DNA from: Bdellovibrionales bacterium
GTDB taxonomy: Bacteria; Bdellovibrionota; Bdellovibrionia; Bdellovibrionales; UBA1609
Length of the DNA stretch: 64,000 bases
Direction: 5' to 3'
Assembly: GCA_965200875.1 (NCBI GenBank)
Contig: OZ241456.1
Location: 192,001-256,000, forward strand
Below the pieces are notes generated by a model. That model worked only from the letters and a program-made list of their open reading frames with translations. It searched no databases and was not told the DNA's origin. Position numbers and translations under genes: made by a program. Shown piece after piece: positions 1-8,164 of the stretch (position 1 is its first letter; each line of letters begins with the position of its first letter).

Positions 1-76
1 ACCAGGTTCCTTTTTCTAAAGGGCTTAAAAAATCCGCTCAAGGCACAAAAAACTTAATAAACTTGGAGCAATATAA

Positions 77-934
77 ATGAATTCCAATCAAAATTTGTTG
101 AGCTTGGGCCAGATCTTAAAGGAAAAAAGGGAGGATCAAGGGCTTTCTTTGCAGAAAATTTCTGAATGGACAAAGATCAGTGTACAAATTTTACAGGCCA
201 TTGAAGAAGCAAAAGCAGATGAACTTCCCGTTTATACCTACTTAAGAGGTTTTATTTTGTCTTATGCGAAAGCCCTTGGCATGGATGAAAAAGAAATAGA
301 AAAGGAGTTAAAAACTCTTATCTCTCCTGAGGAGTTGGTTTATTTGCCCGGTGCAACTTCTTCTTTGGAAGCGGAAACCCTGATTGAAAAAGATATGCGT
401 CTTACGCCCGTGATTTTGGCGATCTCCATTTTGTTTATCATAGGTGGCATTTTGGCATTAACCACGGTTATTTCCTCTTACCAGAAAAGAAACAAGGGGG
501 CTTTTTCAGAAAAAGGAGATTTAAAGTCGTCTCGTGGAGATTCCAGTTTGGCGGACACTTCCTTTCTCTCAGAGGATTTGGCTTCGAAGCAAAAAGTTGC
601 GACTGATAAAAATCCGAATGAAAACCCGAAAGAGGCAAAACCTTTGTCTGTCGTTCCCACAAGTGAAGTGAAAAAAACAGCTTTGGAAGTGATTGTTAAA
701 GCCGTGGGGGATGTAAAGGTATTTTATAGAGTGGACAAAGAAGCCTTAAAGGAAGTATCTTTATCGGAGGATCAATTCGAGGTGTTGAAAGGTATTAAAA
801 ATATTTTTATCAGGACCGATCATTCAGATTTAATTTATGTTTTTCATAATGGAAAAGATATGGGTCTTTTTGGTTCTGGCGGAGAAAAGGAAAAATATTT
901 TTATTCCAGAGGAGAAAAGGAAAAATTACCTTAA
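77..934 (+). CDS. rodZ: RodZ-like protein (N-terminal HTH, single TM, C-terminal periplasmic domain)
   Basis: LGQILKEKRE...YLRGFILSYAKALGMD HTH signature followed by one hydrophobic helix. Confidence 0.75.
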   Translation: MNSNQNLLSLGQILKEKREDQGLSLQKISEWTKISVQILQAIEEAKADELPVYTYLRGFILSYAKALGMDEKEIEKELKTLISPEELVYLPGATSSLEAETLIEKDMRLTPVILAISILFIIGGILALTTVISSYQKRNKGAFSEKGDLKSSRGDSSLADTSFLSEDLASKQKVATDKNPNENPKEAKPLSVVPTSEVKKTALEVIVKAVGDVKVFYRVDKEALKEVSLSEDQFEVLKGIKNIFIRTDHSDLIYVFHNGKDMGLFGSGGEKEKYFYSRGEKEKLP

Positions 935-956
935 GACAAAAAAAAGGGGTGAAGAT

Positions 957-1625
957 ATGAATTTTGTGGCTTTAGATGTGGAAACCACGGGCACTCTTTC
1001 TCATTTGGATCATATTGTGGAACTTGCGGCAGTGCGCTTTTCGGAAGGGAAAAAACCAGATAGTTTTTCCACTTTGGTTAATCCGGGTGTACCTATTCCT
1101 GAAGAGGCTTCTGCTGTAAATAGAATTACGGATGAAATGCTAAAAGATCAGCCAAAGATTGCCAATGTACTTCAAAGTTTTTCTGAATTTTGCGGGAGAG
1201 ATGTTTTAGTGGCGCATAATGCTATCTTTGATTTTCAGTTTCTTTCTGTGGCTTTGGAAAAATGTCATTGTCCTGCTCCTGGAGGGCCACTTATTGACAC
1301 TTATGCTCTTTCTAAAAAAGTTTTTCCCGGTTTGAGCAATTACAAGCTTTCCACTTTGGTGGAATATTTAAAAATCCCCATCCACAAGTTTCATCGGGCA
1401 GAACAGGATGCCTATGCCTGTGGCCATCTTTTTAATTTGATTTTAAGAAAAATAAACGAAGGTTTGCAAAAAGGAGCAAACCGGGAAGATCTGTTTTATA
1501 CGGCCAATTTCTCCGGTGGAAATTCTCTCCCCCTCTTGGTTTTAAAAAAATTAACTCAGCTGACCGGGAAAAAAGAGCTTAGGTTTCCCGCTTTAAAAGC
1601 TAGGCAACTTTCCCTTTTTGATTAA
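957..1625 (+). CDS. DEDDh 3'-5' exonuclease (DNA polymerase III epsilon-like)
   Basis: ExoI FVALDVETTG, ExoII VAHNAIFD, ExoIII HRAEQDA; start moved to ATG 957. Confidence 0.9.
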   Translation: MNFVALDVETTGTLSHLDHIVELAAVRFSEGKKPDSFSTLVNPGVPIPEEASAVNRITDEMLKDQPKIANVLQSFSEFCGRDVLVAHNAIFDFQFLSVALEKCHCPAPGGPLIDTYALSKKVFPGLSNYKLSTLVEYLKIPIHKFHRAEQDAYACGHLFNLILRKINEGLQKGANREDLFYTANFSGGNSLPLLVLKKLTQLTGKKELRFPALKARQLSLFD

Positions 1626-3163
1626 AGCCTCGAAGAAAGAGAAAGAGGAATCCGCCAGCCTCTGCCAAAGGAACATTTTTTAATTTTTAAAATCGGAGGA
1701 GCTTGTCTCCTTTTAAATTCACTCTTTAAAATCCTTTGGAATATTTTTTTTTCAAAAAGAGTTTTGGGATCTTGATTTTCCTCTATCAGTCGGTAAAGTG
1801 CCGGGTCTAAAATTTTATAGGAGGGAATATCGTCTTCGTCTTTTTGATTTTTTTTAAGCTCCGCAGAAGCTTCGCGATTTAAAATGCTCTTAGGAACTTT
1901 AAACCAAGAAGCGAGTTGATAAACTTCTGTTTTAAACAGGTCGCCAATAGGCAAAAGCCCTCCTGCAAGATCACCGTATAAAGTGCCATAACCCAGTGCC
2001 AGTTCACTTTTATTAGAGGTGGCTAGTAAAAGGCTTTCCGGATCACTATTGGCATAAGCCATAAGAAGCAGACTTCTAAGCCTGGCCTGAAGGTTTTGTT
2101 TTGTCACATCAGAGAGCGGACTTTTTAAATTTTTTAAAAGTGCAGAATAATAGTCCTCTATGCTTTGAACAATCACCGGCAGTTTGAATTTTTTCGATAA
2201 CTCCAGGACACATTTTTCAGATAAAGAGGAAGTAAAGGGACTTGGAAGAAAAAATACTTTTACCTTTCTCTGACCAAGAGCCTTTCGGGCCAGTAAAGCT
2301 GTAAGGGCGGAATCCACTCCGCCACTTAATCCCAAATGAGCGCGTTTAAAATTATTTTTTTCAGCAAATTCTTTGACTCCAAATATCAAAGCCTCAGCAA
2401 TTTTTTTTTGTTTTGGCAGGCTCTTTTTTGGGGTATATGTTTTTTTGACGGGTAAAACAAAAAAGCTTAAATCTTCCTTAAAAAACGGACTTTGTTTTAA
2501 AAGCCTTCCGTTTTCGTCCAGCACAAAGCTTCCTCCATCAAAGATCAACTCTTCCTGACCCCCAACAGCATTAACATAAATAACAGGGCTTTTTTTAGCC
2601 CAAAGCTTTGCCACCCGGATTCTTTGCTCATTTTTATTTATTTCGAAAGGGGAGGCATTTAGACTGATAATCAGATCTCGTTTTGGGATTTCCCGGAAAG
2701 ACGGTTTTTTTGCCCAGATGTCCTCACAGATTAAAATTTGGAGAGAAAGCCCTTTCCAGCAAAAAAAATTCTCTTTGAGAGAGCCTTTTTTAAAATATCT
2801 TTTTTCATCGAAGACATCATAATCCGCCAGATATTCTTTGGAAAAAACAAGGGGCTTTTGATCTTTTTGCAGGAGAAAAACAGAATTTCCGGGGGGAAAA
2901 CCACCGCTTGCGGATCCCAGTAAGAGTGTCATGTTTTCTGGAACTTGTTTATGAATGGTCTTAAGGGAATTACTTATTTTTTTTAACAGAGATTTCCTGT
3001 GAATAAGATCCAAGGGCGGGTAACCACTTAAAGCCATTTCCGGAAAGACGATGAGAGAAGCGTTTTCTTTTTTAGCCTGGACGACATATTGGAGTATTTT
3101 TTTTTCATTGGAGCTTATATCCCCCATGAAAGAATTAATTTGCGCAAGAGCTATTTTTATCAT
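1622..3163 (-). CDS. nadE: Glutamine-dependent NAD+ synthetase
   Basis: Nitrilase domain (IALAQIN, FPEM, ICEDIW) plus LGLSGGVDS, QNLQARLR, NKSELALGYGTLYGD, SEFKRRQAPP. Confidence 0.95.
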   Translation of the reverse strand: MIKIALAQINSFMGDISSNEKKILQYVVQAKKENASLIVFPEMALSGYPPLDLIHRKSLLKKISNSLKTIHKQVPENMTLLLGSASGGFPPGNSVFLLQKDQKPLVFSKEYLADYDVFDEKRYFKKGSLKENFFCWKGLSLQILICEDIWAKKPSFREIPKRDLIISLNASPFEINKNEQRIRVAKLWAKKSPVIYVNAVGGQEELIFDGGSFVLDENGRLLKQSPFFKEDLSFFVLPVKKTYTPKKSLPKQKKIAEALIFGVKEFAEKNNFKRAHLGLSGGVDSALTALLARKALGQRKVKVFFLPSPFTSSLSEKCVLELSKKFKLPVIVQSIEDYYSALLKNLKSPLSDVTKQNLQARLRSLLLMAYANSDPESLLLATSNKSELALGYGTLYGDLAGGLLPIGDLFKTEVYQLASWFKVPKSILNREASAELKKNQKDEDDIPSYKILDPALYRLIEENQDPKTLFEKKIFQRILKSEFKRRQAPPILKIKKCSFGRGWRIPLSLSSRL

Positions 3164-3201
3164 TTTCAAAGTTCCCGGAAAAATTTTTATTTCATAGATT
3201 T

Positions 3202-4320
3202 TTATTTCATAGACTTTTTGACCTGTGTGGTTTGGCTTGCGATCAAAAATACCAAAACTGCAATAACAAGTATAATTAACACCACTCGGAAGATATTGCC
3301 AAAGCTCCATTTGCCTATTTTTACATCCTGAGAAGTTTCCTTAAGCTTTTTTTTGATGATAAAACGGCTGGTTTTTTCTTTTTGCCGAAATGAGTTCTTT
3401 TTTTTGGAGCTTACATTGTTTTCTGCAATCAAGCTTTTTCTTTTTCCTACCTCCTCTTGATCTCCATCCATATAACCATAAGAGCTTATAGCTCTAGATC
3501 GCCTGCCGGAATACCCGGGATTGCTGTTGGTGCTTGAAAGGTTGTTTCTAAAACCTGCCTTCTTTTTTTTCTTTTTGCCTCTTCTTCCTCCACCCCTTGA
3601 GGACCCGCCCCCTCCTTCTGATGTTTCATCTTCTAGAGAAAAGCTTTCTGAGTCATTGACGGAAATAAGGTTGCCGTCAGGGTTATGTGCTTTGTTTACC
3701 CCTCCCCTTTTTCGGGATCTTTTTCCACTTTTTCCTGTGCTACTCTCAGAGCTTTGCGAGCTTGCGGATTGAGGGGTTTCCATACTTCCCTGCCCTGAAT
3801 CTTGGTCTTTTCCTGAACCACCTTCTCCAGCCGTGGAAGATCCCGAGGAATCAGAAGAACCGGAGGATGAGGAAGAAGAGTTGGAAGATCCCGAGGAATC
3901 AGAAGAACCGGAGGATGAGGAAGAAGATCCCGAGGAATCAAAAGAACCGGAGGATGAGGAAGAAGAAGATCCTGAGGAAAAATTTGTTGTTATAGGAGCA
4001 ATTCCCGGGTTTTGGCATTTCTCGTGAGGTTTTCCCGGCAAGGTTCCTGTTTGCAGGAGACAGGCAATGTAGCCATTATCACCTACTATGGAGTTGGCCC
4101 AATTTCTAACTCCTTTATCGTCCTCTCCTCCGATAAACTTATACATAAGCCCTGTGACTATAAAGACCAACACGGTTAAAATCAGGATATATTCCACGAT
4201 GGCTTGGCCGTTTTTAAAGGTCTTTAGGCGGTGGTGGGTGAGGCTTTTTTTAAGCTTGGTGCTTGAAAAAATCCGGCGGAAAAACACATCCGGGTTTATG
4301 AAATAAAAAAGTCTTTTCAT
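3202..4320 (-). CDS. Pilin-like protein with Ser/Gly-rich repeats and C-terminal TM helix
   Basis: G|QAIVEYILIL prepilin motif, low-complexity middle, terminal hydrophobic helix; divergent from flp. Confidence 0.7.
   Translation of the reverse strand: MKRLFYFINPDVFFRRIFSSTKLKKSLTHHRLKTFKNGQAIVEYILILTVLVFIVTGLMYKFIGGEDDKGVRNWANSIVGDNGYIACLLQTGTLPGKPHEKCQNPGIAPITTNFSSGSSSSSSSGSFDSSGSSSSSSGSSDSSGSSNSSSSSSGSSDSSGSSTAGEGGSGKDQDSGQGSMETPQSASSQSSESSTGKSGKRSRKRGGVNKAHNPDGNLISVNDSESFSLEDETSEGGGGSSRGGGRRGKKKKKKAGFRNNLSSTNSNPGYSGRRSRAISSYGYMDGDQEEVGKRKSLIAENNVSSKKKNSFRQKEKTSRFIIKKKLKETSQDVKIGKWSFGNIFRVVLIILVIAVLVFLIASQTTQVKKSMK
3834..3979. repeat. Coding tandem repeat, ~39-48 bp unit x3 plus partial, encoding SSSSGSSDSSGS
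   Basis: gaagatcccgaggaatcagaagaaccggaggatgaggaa repeated. Confidence 0.9.
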
Positions 4321-4330
4321 TATAAACTTC

Positions 4331-4355
4331 TTATCGGTAAAAAAAAAAAAATTAA
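4331..4355 (-). promoter_or_regulatory. Putative sigma28-like promoter with T13 spacer
   Basis: Minus strand TTAA-T13-ACCGATAA upstream of the 4320 start; spacer 2 nt short of consensus. Confidence 0.4.
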
Positions 4356-4430
4356 AAGTCTCTTTTTTTATGGGTTTTTAGATTTTTCTTCCGGATTTTT
4401 TTAAAATTAATTTTTTTTTATAAAAAAGAC

Positions 4431-4457
4431 TAAAGTTTTGTTTTTTTTCTCCGATTC
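4431..4457 (+). promoter_or_regulatory. Putative sigma28 (FliA)-type promoter of flp
   Basis: TAAA-N15-TCCGATTC, followed by AGGAGG RBS. Confidence 0.6.
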
Positions 4458-4479
4458 TTTATAAAAAGGAGGAAAAACC

Positions 4480-4668
4480 ATGAAAAAATTAATAAAAACA
4501 AAAGCCCTTGAGCTTTGGAAAGATGAATCAGGCCAGGGAACAGCCGAATATGTATTGATTCTGGTGGGTATCGTGGCCTTAGGTTACGCATTTAAGGAGA
4601 AGCTTGTAGGTATAGTAAAAACAAAAATGGGCGATGTGGGTGGCAAAATAAGTGGTTTTAACCCTTAA
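4480..4668 (+). CDS. flp: Flp family type IVb/c major pilin
   Basis: 62 aa, DESG|QGTAEYVLIL Flp motif, strong RBS. Confidence 0.92.
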   Translation: MKKLIKTKALELWKDESGQGTAEYVLILVGIVALGYAFKEKLVGIVKTKMGDVGGKISGFNP

Positions 4669-4680
4669 AAACCTTTACAG

Positions 4681-4764
4681 CTGAAAAGCCAAGTTATTGG
4701 CCTGAAAAGCCAAGTTATTGGCCTGAAAAGCCAAGTTGTTGGCCTGAAAAGCCAAGTTATTGAC
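4681..4764. repeat. Intergenic tandem repeat, 21 bp x4 (ctgaaaagccaagttattggc)
   Basis: Four contiguous copies, two with single substitutions; internal gccaa/ttggc palindrome. Confidence 0.95.
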
Positions 4765-4814
4765 TTTTCACTCCCTTAAAAACGGGAATCTTGCTTGGTT
4801 TTAGGGAGATGTTT
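4764..4814 (+). repeat. Left arm of 51-bp inverted repeat (partner 6407-6457)
   Basis: 4779-4814 is the exact reverse complement of 6407-6442; a further 15 bp match with 3 mismatches. Confidence 0.95.
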
Positions 4815-4864
4815 CATTCTTTTTCCTTAAGAAAACATACTTTTTTACGGAGGACTAATTACCA

Positions 4865-5062
4865 ATGATTACCGCAGAACTTGTATTGTTGTTTACAGTA
4901 TATTTGCTTTTTGTCCTAGCACTTTTGATTGGTGACAGGGGAGCCGTGAACACTTTTAAAGAGAATCTTCCAAAGCTTTCCGCCCGGATAGAAAAACATG
5001 TTGTCACAGGATATGGTTTCACGCAAGAAACCACCAAGAAAGTCAGCTGGACTTCTCCTTAA
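4865..5062 (+). CDS. Small Flp/TadE-like pilin without leader peptide
   Basis: MITAELVLL with Glu at +5 then hydrophobic helix; GGAGG RBS. Confidence 0.7.
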   Translation: MITAELVLLFTVYLLFVLALLIGDRGAVNTFKENLPKLSARIEKHVVTGYGFTQETTKKVSWTSP

Positions 5063-5140
5063 AATTGCTATTGAGGAAATTCAACCAATGCTTTATTATT
5101 TATTCAGATCGGCTAATCAACCAGCAGAAGGAATAGTGTT

Positions 5141-5332
5141 ATGGGTGAAGAAAAGGATAAAGTAAAGTTATTGAGAAAAATAGTAAAAAGCATTGAAGCT
5201 GAGATAGTAAAGCTTTATAAAGATTCTGAGGCTTCTGATAATAAGACAGAGTTAAAAGTTATTTTACAGAACATTGAATCTTTAGAGGAAGAAAAGCGTC
5301 TTTATATAGAAGAGATACATGTACTAAGTTGA
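5141..5332 (+). CDS. Small hypothetical coiled-coil protein
   Basis: 63 aa charged helical ORF; GAAGGA RBS; TTGAGG-N17-TATTAT at 5071-5099. Confidence 0.6.
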   Translation: MGEEKDKVKLLRKIVKSIEAEIVKLYKDSEASDNKTELKVILQNIESLEEEKRLYIEEIHVLS

Positions 5333-5383
5333 TGTGCAAGTATGTTTTTCTTTATGGTATAATAAAAAATGAGGGACCTTAAA

Positions 5384-5746
5384 ATGACCGATCAGGAATT
5401 AAAAGTTTTGTTAAATGAAATAGATACGCGGATTGAGAGAAAAATAAATTCCATTATTATAAATCAAAAAGACAAGTTTCAAAAATTATTGGATAAAAGT
5501 ATTGAACAAAAAGTTAAGGCGGAAACTTTAAATCATCTTGGTTTTAAATGGCATTCACTAGTATCTTTTTTGACGGCTCTTGCTCTGTTCTTAGCTGGCT
5601 TTACTTATATAGGTAATTTAAAAATGGAATCAGTAAAAGATAAAATGGAATCAGTGGAAGATAAAATGGAAAGTATTGAAAGAATGCTCAGAGAATCTAA
5701 AAAAGTGACTACATATAAAGCTTTGCAAAAAACCGGTAAAGTGTAA
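5384..5746 (+). CDS. Small coiled-coil protein with single TM and 21-bp heptad repeats
   Basis: KMESVKD/KMESVED/KMESIER; extended -10 TGGTATAAT at 5355-5363; start 5384 (RBS GAGGG) or 5369. Confidence 0.7.
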   Translation: MTDQELKVLLNEIDTRIERKINSIIINQKDKFQKLLDKSIEQKVKAETLNHLGFKWHSLVSFLTALALFLAGFTYIGNLKMESVKDKMESVEDKMESIERMLRESKKVTTYKALQKTGKV

Positions 5747-5907
5747 TATTATCCACCGCATCCTCTAGGCGCGATGTGCTCGAAGTCGCATCTTAGGGGT
5801 AGGTTTTACTTAAAAAAGCCTTTGGTTTTATCTTTTTAAAAACAGACTTTTGGTGTGAGCGGAAATTTTCTTGATTTTTCCCGGGTTATTCTGGAAAATA
5901 TTTGTAA

Positions 5908-6390
5908 ATGTTTTTTACTTATATTTTACCGGGTTTTATTTTGCTTTCTGCCATAGTGGATGATTTAAGGTCCAAAAAAATTCATAACAAGCTCATTCTT
6001 TTTTTGCTCGTGTTGGCTTTACTTTCCCTTTTGATAAAAGAAAGAAGTGTTCAGGCTTTTTTGTTCGCCGGGTTGAACTTGCTTATGGCTTTGGGCATCA
6101 GTGCTCCTTTGGTCCTGTTAAAGGTGATAGGAGGTGGGGACATGAAGCTTTACGCAGTAATGGGCTTGATTCTTTCTCCAAGAGCTTTGCTGATAAGCCT
6201 TGTCTTTGCTTTTTGTTGGGGAGCACTCTTTGGTATCATAAAAACCATTTTGGATAAAAAAGCGAGTATAATGTATATGAACTTTCTTTTTTTGCTAAAG
6301 TTAAAAAAACCTTCTTCCGATACATTAAATAGCTTTCCTTTTTCTGTAAGTTTGTTTTTAGGTTGGTTGAGTGCGTTTTATTTTTTGTAG
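5908..6390 (+). CDS. cpaA: Prepilin peptidase, A24 family (CpaA/TadV)
   Basis: DDLRSKKIHNKL and IGGGDMKL aspartate motifs, multiple TM helices. Confidence 0.92.
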   Translation: MFFTYILPGFILLSAIVDDLRSKKIHNKLILFLLVLALLSLLIKERSVQAFLFAGLNLLMALGISAPLVLLKVIGGGDMKLYAVMGLILSPRALLISLVFAFCWGALFGIIKTILDKKASIMYMNFLFLLKLKKPSSDTLNSFPFSVSLFLGWLSAFYFL

Positions 6391-6406
6391 TAGCTAGCCA
6401 AAGATA

Positions 6407-6457
6407 AAACATCTCCCTAAAACCAAGCAAGATTCCCGTTTTCACGGGACTGAAAAG
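6407..6457 (-). repeat. Right arm of 51-bp inverted repeat
   Basis: aaacatctccctaaaaccaagcaagattcccgttttcacgggactgaaaag. Confidence 0.95.
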
Positions 6458-6481
6458 AGAGAGAACAAAGCGAGAAATTTT

Positions 6482-6754
6482 ATGAAAAAAGTTTTAAACT
6501 GTTTCCCGGGGCGTGGGGCTTCCGGGCAGGCGATAGTGGAGGTGGTTTTGATAATGGCTTTACTTATGGCTACTGCTTATGGCGCAAAGGAGATTTTCGA
6601 TGAAAAAAAAACCGTTGCTAAATTTATTTCTGAACCTTGGGAAACCATTAGTGGGATGATGGAATCCGGTGTGTGGATGAAAAAAAATGTTGCTCGTAAA
6701 GAACACCCAAACCATTTTAAAAGAATGTCTGCGGAGGAAGGGGAGACCCTCTGA
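6482..6754 (+). CDS. Tad minor pilin/pseudopilin
   Basis: G|QAIVEVVLIM motif. Confidence 0.8.
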   Translation: MKKVLNCFPGRGASGQAIVEVVLIMALLMATAYGAKEIFDEKKTVAKFISEPWETISGMMESGVWMKKNVARKEHPNHFKRMSAEEGETL

Positions 6755-6812
6755 CCTTTAAGCTTTTGGCCCTTTTTTTGCTTTTTAGAGACATAATTAA
6801 AAGGAGTAAGAT

Positions 6813-7430
6813 ATTAAAAAAAAGTTATTTTCCAACAAGGGAAGTTTGACAGTTCAGTTTGTGCTCGGATTTGCTCTTGTTTGGGGTTTCATCGCACTTT
6901 TTGCTGTTATATGTTTTACCTTGGCAGTAAGTAGCATCACGCAGTACATAACTTTTGCCTCCGCCCGCGCTTTATTTTTGGGAACAAAAAGTTTAAAAGG
7001 AGAGGGCGGGCAAAAAGAAATGGCAAAACAAACTTATAATGATTTAAAGAACAAGTTTCGTAATGAAGAAGGGGCAGGCATTTTCAGCCCCGATGTAATT
7101 GATATAGACCAGATGCCAGTTACGGGAATTAATCCGGGGGAGAAGGGGGAATTTATTCCTTCCAGCAGTGATCCTAACTTGTTTTATGGAGCCTGGACAA
7201 AGTTTGTCCCAAAAGTGTTGAAGATAAAAACTTTTTTTGGAGATTCAGGAGAAGACGATGCTTTTTTTAAGACCACCATTGGTTCTTATCTCGGGCGTGA
7301 ACCGACTATGGACGAATGTGTAGCTTTTGATAAAGCTAGGTGGCCAAAAATAAAAGAGGGGAAGATGCATCCTACAGTATCCTCACCCCCGGCAAGTGTC
7401 GTGATTGAAGTTTTTGATAATGGTTGTTGA
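6813..7430 (+). CDS. TadE-like pseudopilin (probable ATT start; ORF track starts at 6846)
   Basis: KKKLFSNKG|SLTVQFVL leader in frame upstream of 6846; QYITFASARA TadE-like segment. Confidence 0.75.
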   Translation: MKKKLFSNKGSLTVQFVLGFALVWGFIALFAVICFTLAVSSITQYITFASARALFLGTKSLKGEGGQKEMAKQTYNDLKNKFRNEEGAGIFSPDVIDIDQMPVTGINPGEKGEFIPSSSDPNLFYGAWTKFVPKVLKIKTFFGDSGEDDAFFKTTIGSYLGREPTMDECVAFDKARWPKIKEGKMHPTVSSPPASVVIEVFDNGC

Positions 7431-7458
7431 ATGAAGGGGCTTAAAGGAGATATGAACT

Positions 7459-8019
7459 ATGAATATCAGGATCCTTTGTCGGAAGTCCTACAGCCTTCCG
7501 CCGTTTAAAGTTTTATCCAACAAAAAGGGTATGGCCATGTTGGAGGCTTTTTTGATTCTCTGGGTGATGTTTGTTTTTCTGGGTGCTACTCTTGGCTCCT
7601 GGGGTATTGCTCAAACGGCGGTTTTGCACTCTATTGCCGCCAGAAACTACTCTTTTTTTCTTTTTAATAATCGATCAGATCTTTCTTATTTGCGGGATTT
7701 TTCATATCCCTCCTTAGACAAAACCTTGACAAGTAAATATTACAGGGAAGATGGTTCACCTGGTCGTGGTGGGAAAAGATTTGCTTTTATCATTCCAGAA
7801 AATTCATCTCCAGATGCCGGGGCTAATGTTTTAGCCACTTTGCGGAAAGTGGATTTCAGAGAAGATCTTTACTCATCCAGTGAAGATGGTGTTTTAGGCC
7901 CAATGAAGCATAACAATATCAAGGGTGCAGTGCCTGAACGAAATCAAAACAAAGTCATTCCTGCTTGGATCATGGTGGGATACGGTATTTGCCTCAGTGA
8001 AAAATGCGGAGGAGATTAA
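7459..8019 (+). CDS. TadE/F-like pseudopilin
   Basis: NKKG|MAMLEAFLIL, SIAARN. Confidence 0.8.
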   Translation: MNIRILCRKSYSLPPFKVLSNKKGMAMLEAFLILWVMFVFLGATLGSWGIAQTAVLHSIAARNYSFFLFNNRSDLSYLRDFSYPSLDKTLTSKYYREDGSPGRGGKRFAFIIPENSSPDAGANVLATLRKVDFREDLYSSSEDGVLGPMKHNNIKGAVPERNQNKVIPAWIMVGYGICLSEKCGGD

Positions 8020-8164
8020 TTAAATATCTTTTAAAAAAATATTAATTCTTAAAATCTTTTTTTCCGAAATAAAAATATGAGGGAAAATTCCCACGGCTTA
8101 AGGCTTAAGTCCTGATGAATAAAATCCTCGGTTAAAATCCCTTTTAGTGAATGAGGCTTTGCAG

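Noticed and set aside
3521..4027. Several plus-strand ORFs with repetitive translations
   Set aside because: Antisense shadows of the Ser-rich repeat gene
4681..4764. Mini-CRISPR array
   Set aside because: Repeats are contiguous with no spacers and no cas genes are present
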